Assembly: GCA_018898235.1 (NCBI GenBank)
Contig: JAHIJU010000247.1
Coordinates: forward strand, 13,124-77,123
DNA: 64,000 nucleotides
Direction: 5' to 3'
Origin: Actinomycetota bacterium
Lineage (GTDB): Bacteria > Actinomycetota > Actinomycetes > Actinomycetales > Cellulomonadaceae
Each line of letters opens with the position of its first letter. Positions within the stretch are counted from its first letter, which is position 1. Made by a program: the position numbers and the translations under genes. The notes under the pieces were generated by a model. It was not told the origin of the DNA, made no database searches, and was given only the letters and a program-made list of their open reading frames with translations. Below are positions 43,373 to 51,883 of this stretch, piece after piece.

Positions 43373-44470
43373 TTGATCGCGTTTATCGTCGGAACCACGG
43401 CGGAGCTCATCAAGATCGCACCGGTCTACCACGAGCTGACGTCACGAGGCCGGGCGAGCGAGATCTGGTTCTCCGGCCAGCATGTCGACGAACTGCCGGG
43501 CACCCTCTCCGATCTCGGCCTGCCCGAACCGCAGGAGTGGCTCGTCCCGGCCTCGGGCGCGGCGAACCTCGCGCGGCCCGCTGACGTTCCCCGGTGGGTC
43601 GCCCGGCTGACGGCCACGGTGTGGCGCAGGCGCAGGGCGCTCAGGTCGCGTCTGACAAGTGACGGCACGGCGCCGATCGTCCTCGTCCACGGCGACACGT
43701 TCACGGCACCGATCGGTGCGCTCATCGGTCGGCTCCTCGCGGCCCGCGTCGGACATGTCGAGGCCGGGATGCGCAGCGGAAGCCTGGTCCACCCGTTCCC
43801 CGAGGAGGTGAACCGTCGCGTCGCCGGTCGCCTGGTGGACATCCACTTTCCTCCGACGGCCGTCGAGGCCGGGCACCTGCGCCGCCACCACGGTGCGATC
43901 GTCACCACCGGGGCCAACACGATCATCGATGCTGTCAGGTACGCGCTGGAGAACCCCGTCCAGACGAACCTGAAGATGCCGGAGTCCTACGGCCTGGCAA
44001 CGTTGCACCGGTTCGAGCTGGTGCGCCGCGAGGACATGTATCGCAGTGTCCTGGAGACATTGAAGGAGTACTCGGCTGCGCTCCCGATCGTCTACTTTGC
44101 CGGCGCCTCGGAGCGTGAACGCCTCGAGCAGTACGGCTTGATGGACCTGTTCGACGGCGAGCGCTTCCGGATCGAGGACAAGCTGAGCTACGTCGCATTC
44201 CTGCCCATCCTGGCCAGGGCGCGCTTCGTGGTCACCGACAGCGGCGGCCTGCAGGAGGAGTGCGGACACCTCGGCATCCCGTGTGCGGTGCACCGGGCTC
44301 GCACGGAACGACACATCGGCGAGGGTACGAACATGATCCTCACCAAGTTCAGCATCCGCACGCTGCGTTCGTTCCTCGACAGCTACGACCGCTACCGGAC
44401 CGACGCGACCCTGGACGAGTTCCACCCGAGCAGGACGATCGTCGACGCGCTTGAGGCGCTCACCGCGTGA
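43373..44470 (+). CDS. UDP-N-acetylglucosamine 2-epimerase family protein (atypical)
   Basis: VHGDT, GHVEAGMRS, PFPEEVNRR, TLHRFE, VTDSGGLQEE; TTG start after GGGGAG RBS. Confidence 0.87.
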   Translation: MIAFIVGTTAELIKIAPVYHELTSRGRASEIWFSGQHVDELPGTLSDLGLPEPQEWLVPASGAANLARPADVPRWVARLTATVWRRRRALRSRLTSDGTAPIVLVHGDTFTAPIGALIGRLLAARVGHVEAGMRSGSLVHPFPEEVNRRVAGRLVDIHFPPTAVEAGHLRRHHGAIVTTGANTIIDAVRYALENPVQTNLKMPESYGLATLHRFELVRREDMYRSVLETLKEYSAALPIVYFAGASERERLEQYGLMDLFDGERFRIEDKLSYVAFLPILARARFVVTDSGGLQEECGHLGIPCAVHRARTERHIGEGTNMILTKFSIRTLRSFLDSYDRYRTDATLDEFHPSRTIVDALEALTA

Positions 44471-44607
44471 CGACGGCCCAGACGGCCCGGTAGGGGCGGC
44501 CGTCAGGCGACCGGGCCACTCCCCGGCGGTCGCATCCAGGTGCGATTCGTCCCGAACCGGCATGAGAGACTCTTCATTTTCTGGCACGACGATTCATAGG
44601 AGAATCC

Positions 44608-44960
44608 GTGACTGGCCATGACGGTGTCGAGGACCGCCTCCACGTTGCACCGGAGCCCGGGCCGGTGGTGGGGTCCCTCGCGCGGCGCGGGAGCGTGCCC
44701 GCCCCGGGGCGGGGTGCACCATCGGCCGAGGGGCGCATGTCGCGCCCGGCGTCACGATCGGCGACGGCTGCACACTGCAGAACGACGCGCCGGCGGCCAT
44801 CGAGCGAAGGGCTCTCGTCGCCGCAGGTTCGGTCGTGACGCACGGCGCTACCGACTCCTCCCTCGCCGCTGGTTCGCCCGACGAGCGCATCCGATGGGTC
44901 GTCGGGAGGCACGGGCAACCGCTGGAGCCCGACGGGGAGCACGGTGGCGCTGGCCGAGCA
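44608..44960 (+). pseudogene. Decayed hexapeptide-repeat sugar N-acetyltransferase (WbpD/WlbB-like)
   Basis: AGGAG RBS plus GTG 44608; after an apparent frameshift near 44685 another frame reads RERARPGAGCTIGRGAHVAPGVTIGDGCTLQND-[gap]-IERRALVAAGSVVTH...AAGSPDERIRWV; 3' boundary approximate. Confidence 0.75.
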
Positions 44961-45174
44961 CCGGAGAGCGGTTCGTCGAGTCCAGCGGAGTCCTCACCGG
45001 GACGCCCAGCGGGGGGCGGTAGTCGGGCGGTGCGACAAGTCTCGCCGGTCCGGCGTCGGCGCGGACGATCAGCCTGGTCCTGAGCTCGCTTCGCTGGCGT
45101 TGTTCCCACCGGGGCGGGCCACACAAGCACGAGTCAGCGACAACACAACAGATGCAGATTGGGGCTTCACCGTC

Positions 45175-46263
45175 ATGACGGACTTCATCCCAGCAGCACG
45201 CCCTCTCATCGGCGACGAGGAGCGCGCAGCGGTCGACCGCGTCCTGCGGTCCGGGATGCTCGCCCAGGGACCCGAGGTGATGGCTTTCGAGCAGGAGTTC
45301 TCAGCGCACTTCGGGCTCGATCGAGCGTGCGTCGCCGTCAGCTCCGGCACCTCGGGCCTGCATCTGGGCCTCCTCTCGAGCGGGGTGAAGGTCGGCGACG
45401 AGGTGATCGTTCCTTCGTTCACCTTCGCGGCCACGGCCAACTCCGTCGCTCTGACGGGTGCGACCCCCGTGTTCGCGGACATCGACCCCGACGACTTCTG
45501 CCTGGCGCCGGCCGCCGTCGAGGCGGCGATCACGGACAGAACCGTCGGCATCATGCCCGTGCACCTCTATGGGCACCCCGCGAACATGCCGGCACTCGGG
45601 GCGATCGCTGACCGGCACGGCCTCCAGCTGTTCGAGGACGCGGCGCAGGCTCACGGTGCTTCGCTGGGCGGCACGCCCGTGGGCGCCTTCGGCTCGTTCG
45701 CCATGTTCTCGTTGTATCCGACCAAGAACATGACGTCGGGCGAGGGCGGGATGGTCTCGGTCGCCAACTCCGAGATCGAACGACTGCTGCGCCTCTACCG
45801 CAACCAAGGGATGGAGCAGCAGTACAGGAACGAGGTCGTCGGATTCAACAGCCGGATGACCGACATCCACGCGGCGATCGGCCGGGTCCAGCTCACCAAG
45901 GTCGCCGCGTGGACCGCGAAGCGGCAGGAGAACGCCGCGTTCCTGACCGCGAACCTCGACGGCGTCACGCCTCCGCCGGTCGCCCCGGGTGCCGTGCACG
46001 TCTATCACCAGTACACGATCCGGGTTCCGCACGACCGAGACGGGATGGCGAAGGCGCTGCGGGAGGAGTACAGCATCGGATCGGGCATGTTCTACCCGGT
46101 CCCGAATCACCAGCTCGCCCCGTTCCGGATCGACCTCGATCTGCCCGAGACCGCCAAGGCTGCCGCCGAGTGCCTGTCCCTGCCGGTCCATCCGTCGCTC
46201 ACACGGGCCGACCTCGAGCGGATCGTGACAGCGGTCAACACTCTCGCCAAGGCAGGTAGCTGA
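45175..46263 (+). CDS. DegT/DnrJ/EryC1/StrS PLP-dependent sugar aminotransferase
   Basis: SSGTSGLH, FTFAATAN, MPVHLYG, EDAAQAHGA, FSLYPTKNMTSGEGG, GFNSRM. Confidence 0.95.
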   Translation: MTDFIPAARPLIGDEERAAVDRVLRSGMLAQGPEVMAFEQEFSAHFGLDRACVAVSSGTSGLHLGLLSSGVKVGDEVIVPSFTFAATANSVALTGATPVFADIDPDDFCLAPAAVEAAITDRTVGIMPVHLYGHPANMPALGAIADRHGLQLFEDAAQAHGASLGGTPVGAFGSFAMFSLYPTKNMTSGEGGMVSVANSEIERLLRLYRNQGMEQQYRNEVVGFNSRMTDIHAAIGRVQLTKVAAWTAKRQENAAFLTANLDGVTPPPVAPGAVHVYHQYTIRVPHDRDGMAKALREEYSIGSGMFYPVPNHQLAPFRIDLDLPETAKAAAECLSLPVHPSLTRADLERIVTAVNTLAKAGS

Positions 46264-46265
46264 CG

Positions 46266-47279
46266 ATGACGAACCTCCGTGCAGGACTCATCGGTCTCGG
46301 CATGATGGGCCGGCACCACGGCCATGTTCTTGCCAGCCTCGAAGGTGTTGACCTGGTCGCAGTCGCCGACGTCGGGGCCGATCCGTACGGCGTCGCAGGC
46401 GGTCGTCCCTTGGTCAGGACCATCGAGGACCTGATCGCGCTCGGTCTGGACTACTGCGTCGTCGCGGTGCCGACCATCCACCACGAGAGCATCGCGCTCG
46501 CGCTCGCCGACGCAGGTGTGCATGCGCTGATCGAGAAGCCCGTCACCCATGACGGCGCCTCTGCACGCCGCGTCGCTGCGGCGTTCGCGTCACGGGGGCT
46601 GATCGGCGGCGTCGGCCACATCGAGCGGTACAACCCGGCGCTCCAGAGCGCCCGCACCCGGATCGCTGCAGGTGAGCTAGGGACGGTCTACCAGGTCTCG
46701 ACCCGTCGGCAGGGCCCGCTGCCCACACGGATCGCCGACGTCGGTGTCGTGAAGGACCTCGCGACCCACGACATCGACCTCACCACCTGGGTGACTCAGC
46801 AGCCGTTCGAGTCGATCGCCGCATGCACGGTGTCCACCAGCGGCCGCGAGCACGAGGACCTCGTCGCAGCTACCGGTCGGCTCGCCGATGGCACCGTGAC
46901 CAGTCACCTCGTCAACTGGCTATCCCCGCTCAAGGAACGCGTCACGACGATCACCGGCGAGAAGGGTGCCTTCGTCGCGGACACTCTGACGGCGGACCTC
47001 ACGTTCTACGCGAACGGGTCGGTGAAGGTGACGCGCGACGACATCGCCCAGTTCCGCGGCGTCACGGAGGGCGACGTGATCCGCTACGCGATCGCCAAGC
47101 CCGAACCGCTGCGGGTCGAGCACGAGAGCTTCCGCGACGCGGTGCTGGGCAGGCCCTCCGACATCGTCACGCTCGAGCAAGGGCTGGCGACGCTCCAGGT
47201 TGCCGAGGCGATGATCCGCGCCGCGCTGTCGGGATCCACCGTCCTCCTCCCCGTTCCCGTCGACGCCGCGGCGTCGTGA
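46266..47279 (+). CDS. Gfo/Idh/MocA NAD-dependent oxidoreductase (WbpB/GnnA-like)
   Basis: GLIGLGMMG, LIEKP, GHIERYNPA, DVGVVKDLATHDID, VNWLSPLK. Confidence 0.92.
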   Translation: MTNLRAGLIGLGMMGRHHGHVLASLEGVDLVAVADVGADPYGVAGGRPLVRTIEDLIALGLDYCVVAVPTIHHESIALALADAGVHALIEKPVTHDGASARRVAAAFASRGLIGGVGHIERYNPALQSARTRIAAGELGTVYQVSTRRQGPLPTRIADVGVVKDLATHDIDLTTWVTQQPFESIAACTVSTSGREHEDLVAATGRLADGTVTSHLVNWLSPLKERVTTITGEKGAFVADTLTADLTFYANGSVKVTRDDIAQFRGVTEGDVIRYAIAKPEPLRVEHESFRDAVLGRPSDIVTLEQGLATLQVAEAMIRAALSGSTVLLPVPVDAAAS

Positions 47280-47402
47280 CACCCGCGAACACGTCCAGGC
47301 ACGGGCTGGGCCCGGACGTCACGGAACGGCTGCGAGGCGCCTTCGCAAGCTAGTGTGTAGGGCGCTCGGCGCTGTGCTGGATCTAGCTGAAGGTGATCGT
47401 CG

Positions 47403-48017
47403 GTGGAATTCCGTGAACTGTCCGTACCTGGTGCCTGGGAGATCACGCCCCGGCCTCTGGGCGACCCCCGTGGTCTGTTCCTTGAGTGGTACCAGGAGCC
47501 TTCCTTCACCGAAGCGGTCGGGCATCCGCTCGACCTACGTCAGGTGAACTGCTCGGTCTCGGCCGCGGGCGTCGTGCGCGGGGTCCACTTCGCCGACGTG
47601 CCGCCGAGCCAGGCCAAGTACGTGATGTGCGTCGCGGGGTCCGTGCTCGACGTCGTCGTCGACATCCGCGTCGGCTCCCCCACGTTCGGGCGCTGGGACA
47701 CGGTCGTCCTCGACGACATCGACCGCCGCGCGATCTACCTGTCGGAGGGTCTCGGTCACGCGTTCATGTCGCTCGAGGACCGCTCGACCGTCATGTACCT
47801 GTGCTCGGCGACGTACTCCCCGACGCGCGAGCACGGCATCAACCCGCTGGACCCTGAGCTTGGCATCCGGTGGCCGACCACCGACCGGTCGGGTGCAGCC
47901 CTCACGCCGTCGCTGTCGCAGAAGGACACACAGGCCCCGTCGCTGGCGACAGCTCTGGCGCAGGGCCTGCTCCCGACGATGGCCGAGGTGCAGTCGTATC
48001 TGTCCGGGCACGCCTGA
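47403..48017 (+). CDS. rmlC: dTDP-4-dehydrorhamnose 3,5-epimerase
   Basis: DPRGLFLE, QVNCSVS..GVVRGVHF, QAKYV, DIRVGSPTFG.W, EGLGHAF, LSQKD. Confidence 0.96.
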   Translation: MEFRELSVPGAWEITPRPLGDPRGLFLEWYQEPSFTEAVGHPLDLRQVNCSVSAAGVVRGVHFADVPPSQAKYVMCVAGSVLDVVVDIRVGSPTFGRWDTVVLDDIDRRAIYLSEGLGHAFMSLEDRSTVMYLCSATYSPTREHGINPLDPELGIRWPTTDRSGAALTPSLSQKDTQAPSLATALAQGLLPTMAEVQSYLSGHA

Positions 48018-48115
48018 CGTCCGGAGTCCCGCAGCTCCGTTGACGTCCGGCGCCGCGCCCGCGACGGGCCCGGCGCCGGACGTCTATGCCTGGCGCGCCG
48101 GGACGGGCGGTGGGG

Positions 48116-50620
48116 TCAGCCCTTGCCGACCAGCCGACGCACCCGGCCCGCGGCCCGGCGTGCCACCTCCGTGACACCCCCGTCGGCCAGGTACTCCTTG
48201 ACCAGTCCGACGTCACCACGCACTCCACCCCACGGCGCACGCACAGGGACGGTGCTGGGTTCGACGGGGACGCCGAGGTCCATCGCCAGATCCGCGGCCC
48301 GGCGGGGCGACCGGCAGAACTCCACCAAGGGCGCGAGCGTTCGAGACCACCGGTAGTCAGCCGCGAGGGCTTCGACCGCCGCGCGTGCCGACGCCGCCGC
48401 AGAGCTGTCGAAGAGCATCGAGGCGAGCGCGTCCGCCAGCGCCTCGACGTCCTCGGCCTTGACGGCGACCCCCAGGCCGCGCTCGCGGACGAGCTCGCCG
48501 AACGTGTCGCCCTCGGTCGCGACGATGGGCAGACCAGCCCACATGTAGTCGAGGATCCGAGTCCTGAAGCTGAATGCCGTCTCGACGTGCTGGAAGTGGG
48601 TGGAGACGCCGACGTCCGCGTCCAGCAGGTAGTCCGCCCGCTCGTCGTACGGCACCCAGCCGTCGTTGAAGAAGACGACGCGATCCGTCAGGCTGAGCTC
48701 GGCGGCGAGTTCCCTGGCCTCGTGCGCCACACGCATGGTCGGGACGCCGGGATTCGGGTGCTTGGTGCCGAGGAAGAACAGCCTGACCTCAGGATGCGTA
48801 GCGTGCAGCAGGCCGACCGCACGGATCAGGGTCAGCGGGTCGAACCAGTTGTAGATCCCGCCGCCCCACAGGATGACCTTGTCATCGGGCCCGATCCCCG
48901 CGACGGTCCCCTTGAGCGCATGGCGTCGCTGCACCGGCGGCTCGTCCGGGATGCCGAACGGAGCGACGGCGATGAGATTGCTCAGCGAGGCGTCCTCGTC
49001 GTAGACCGCGGGATCGACCCGACCCACACCGGCAAGCTGACCGAGCCAGAAGTCCCGTTGCTTCTCCGACGCGCAGAGCAGGAAGTCCGCCCGACGGAGC
49101 TGGTCGTTGAGCACCCGCGTGATGTTCTGCACCTGGGCCCGACGTCCCTGCGGACCGAGGTCGCGCGCCTGCTCGAGCTGCTCGAGGTGCATTGGGTCGT
49201 ACACGTCGGCCACGAGCACCTGGCGACTGGCGCGCAACCACGGCGCCTCGTCGAGCAGGAATCCCTGGAAGACGATGATGTCGGCCCAGTCGGTCACAGC
49301 TCTCAGCTTGTTGTAGCGCACGTGCTCGACAGAGAAGCGTGGGTCGGTGATCTCAGCGCTGCGTACGGAGACCAGACGAACCTCGTGGTCGGGGGAAAGC
49401 GCAGCCGCGATCTCGCGAGCGCGGATCGCCGGCCCGGCCATCCGCGTTGCCAGGGGCTCGCCCGTCACGACGAGCACGCGCATCCGTGACGTGAAGTGCC
49501 CCGCGATCCCGAACGCCTGCACGAGAGCGTCATGTCCCCGGACGTACGAGGGCTGGGGGTAGGCGGGTTCGAGGACCTGGCGGAACAGCGGGAAGATCTC
49601 GTGGTCGGTGCGACGCCGGCGCGCCTGCAGCTCGGCGCGCACCTGCGCGAGCTCGGGGAGCTGGTCGACGAAGTAGTCGATGGCATAGGGGCCGGTGAGT
49701 GCCATCTTCGGCACGGTCACCGTGCCCTCGTCATCGCCCCCGGGGCTGCGCTGCAGGTCCAGCAGGCTGGCATCGACACCCGTGCGGGCAACGGAGCGTC
49801 GGACGGCCAGCGCCATGGCCGCGGGCAGCGCGCGAGCCAAGGACGCGTCGTCGAGGTTCTTGTACATCGACAGCAGCGCGTTGCGCTCGAGCAGGTAGCT
49901 CTCGCGATAGCTGCCGAACTTGTTCATGGTCGCGTGGTGGCGATGGAATGCCAACGAGCCGGGCACGTAGCGGAACCGGTGCCCGAGGATGTTCAGCCGC
50001 CAGCCGAGGTCGACGTCCTCGTAGAACATGAAGAACCGCTCGTCGAACCCGCCGACCTCGCGGAACAGCTCGGCCCGGACGAACATCGCGGCACCGGTGC
50101 CGAAGAGCACGTCACGGGCGGTGTCGTGCGAACCGTCGTCGACGTCCTCCACCTCGCGCTTGTACCCCATGCCGAACCAGGTGAGCGACCCGTCGACGTA
50201 GTCGATCCGCTCGCCCTCCCAGTCGAGCACCTTGCTGGCGACGGCCCCGATCGTCCGGTCGCCGTCCAGGACCTCGACCGCCGCGGACACCCACTGCGGG
50301 TGCGGCCTCGCGTCGTTGTTGAGAAATGCGACGTACTCACCGGTCGACCGGGAGACCCCGAGGTTGCAGCCGCCCGCGAACCCGGTGTTGGAGTCGGCCT
50401 CGACCATCAGCACATCGGGGCAGGCCGCACGGATCCGGTCCGCCGAGCCGTCCCCGGAGTGGTTCTCGACCACGACGATCTCGAGCCGTTCGTGCGGCCA
50501 GTCAAGCTCGGCCAGCCCGGCGACGCAGGCGATCGTGTCCTCGGCGCCGCGGTAGTTCACCACGACGACCGACACCACGCCCTGACGTACCGTCGGCCCG
50601 CCTTGCGTCGAACGCCCCAC
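48116..50620 (-). CDS. Two-domain glycosyltransferase (GT2 plus GT4-like)
   Basis: N-half NTGFAGGCN, FLNNDA, FDERFFMFYEDVDLGWR; C-half MAGPAIRA, WGGGIYNWFDP, ETAFSFRTRILDY; start uncertain. Confidence 0.88.
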   Translation of the reverse strand: MGRSTQGGPTVRQGVVSVVVVNYRGAEDTIACVAGLAELDWPHERLEIVVVENHSGDGSADRIRAACPDVLMVEADSNTGFAGGCNLGVSRSTGEYVAFLNNDARPHPQWVSAAVEVLDGDRTIGAVASKVLDWEGERIDYVDGSLTWFGMGYKREVEDVDDGSHDTARDVLFGTGAAMFVRAELFREVGGFDERFFMFYEDVDLGWRLNILGHRFRYVPGSLAFHRHHATMNKFGSYRESYLLERNALLSMYKNLDDASLARALPAAMALAVRRSVARTGVDASLLDLQRSPGGDDEGTVTVPKMALTGPYAIDYFVDQLPELAQVRAELQARRRRTDHEIFPLFRQVLEPAYPQPSYVRGHDALVQAFGIAGHFTSRMRVLVVTGEPLATRMAGPAIRAREIAAALSPDHEVRLVSVRSAEITDPRFSVEHVRYNKLRAVTDWADIIVFQGFLLDEAPWLRASRQVLVADVYDPMHLEQLEQARDLGPQGRRAQVQNITRVLNDQLRRADFLLCASEKQRDFWLGQLAGVGRVDPAVYDEDASLSNLIAVAPFGIPDEPPVQRRHALKGTVAGIGPDDKVILWGGGIYNWFDPLTLIRAVGLLHATHPEVRLFFLGTKHPNPGVPTMRVAHEARELAAELSLTDRVVFFNDGWVPYDERADYLLDADVGVSTHFQHVETAFSFRTRILDYMWAGLPIVATEGDTFGELVRERGLGVAVKAEDVEALADALASMLFDSSAAASARAAVEALAADYRWSRTLAPLVEFCRSPRRAADLAMDLGVPVEPSTVPVRAPWGGVRGDVGLVKEYLADGGVTEVARRAAGRVRRLVGKG

Positions 50621-50785
50621 GCCGACCTCTCATCCCACCCGCCCGAGAGCGGCTCCGCCCATCCGTCCAACGCCCGCGCGCCGACCGTCGATGCTACCGT
50701 CGCCCGCCACGGGGTCGGACCGCGCGCCCGTCGCCCGCGACGGAACGGCGAACGAGCGCCGGGCGCTACGTGGGATCATCGCCCG

Positions 50786-51883
50786 GTGCGGATCACCGTC
50801 GACGCGACTGCTCTTCTCGGGCCTCGCACCGGAGTAGGCCAGTACGCGGCGCAGCTGGTGTCGCACCTGCCGGCGGCCCTCGCCCGCTCGGGCTGCTCCG
50901 CCGAACTGCAGGCCAGCACCTGGACGTGGCGCGGCGGCAGGGTCCCCGGCCTGCCCCCCGGGGTCTCCCAGGTCGGACGCCGGGTTCCGGCACGGGCCCT
51001 GCGCGCTCTCTGGCAGCACGGCTCGTGGCCCCCGGTTGAGCACCTGGTCGGTGACACCGACGTGTTCCACGGGCTCAACTTCGTGTCGCCGCCGACTCGG
51101 CGCAGCGCCGAGGTGGTCACGGTGCACGACCTGACCTACATCGAGCACGCGAGCACCGTCAGCCCCGTGGACCTCGCGTACCGCGATCTGGTCCAGCGGG
51201 CGCTCGACCGCGGCGCCCACGTGGTCACACCCTCGAGCCACGTTGCCGATCGGGTGCGTGAGCTCTACCAGCTCGGCACCGATCGGGTGACGGCGACCCC
51301 GCTCGGCCTGGACCCTGTGTGGGGTACCGCGACCCCGGCCGACACCCGGTGGCTGGAGGCGCACGGGATCGTCGATGACTACATCGTCTTCGTCGGGTCG
51401 CGTGGCCTGCGCAAGAACCTCACTCGGCTCATCCAGGCCCATGAGCAACTCCGCCTCTCCGGGGAGCGCGTCGTGCTCGTGCTTGCCGGGCCGGCCGGCA
51501 GCGCGACCGATCTCGAAGGCCATCCGGGGGTGCGGCTGACCGGCTGGCTTGAGGACGTTGAGCTGCGATCACTGGTCGCCGGCTCGCGGGCCCTCGCGTT
51601 GCCCTCGCTCGATGAGGGGTTCGGACTCCCGGTACTCGAAGCCCTCGCGACCGGCCGACCGGTGGTCGCCTCCGACATCCCAGCGCTCCATGAGGTCGCC
51701 GGGACGCATGCGAGATTCGCGGACCCGCTCGACACCGACTCGCTTGCCCAAGCGCTGGCCGATGCGCTCGGTGCTCCCGACGACGCCGGTGCGCGAGCGG
51801 CCCGCCGCGCATGGGCGGCGGGCTTCACGTGGGACAGGACTGCCGACCGGACTGTGGACGTGTACCGGAGGGTCGCCCGGTGA
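50786..51883 (+). CDS. GT4 glycosyltransferase
   Basis: VRITVDATALLGPRTGVGQY, VTVHDL, RKNL, PSLDEGFGLPVLEA; true start lies inside ORF 49496..51883. Confidence 0.9.
   Translation: MRITVDATALLGPRTGVGQYAAQLVSHLPAALARSGCSAELQASTWTWRGGRVPGLPPGVSQVGRRVPARALRALWQHGSWPPVEHLVGDTDVFHGLNFVSPPTRRSAEVVTVHDLTYIEHASTVSPVDLAYRDLVQRALDRGAHVVTPSSHVADRVRELYQLGTDRVTATPLGLDPVWGTATPADTRWLEAHGIVDDYIVFVGSRGLRKNLTRLIQAHEQLRLSGERVVLVLAGPAGSATDLEGHPGVRLTGWLEDVELRSLVAGSRALALPSLDEGFGLPVLEALATGRPVVASDIPALHEVAGTHARFADPLDTDSLAQALADALGAPDDAGARAARRAWAAGFTWDRTADRTVDVYRRVAR

Noticed and set aside
45175-48017. Aminotransferase, oxidoreductase and rmlC as an antibiotic deoxysugar cluster
   Set aside because: No PKS, NRPS or other scaffold genes; the context is Wzm/Wzt and wall glycosyltransferases
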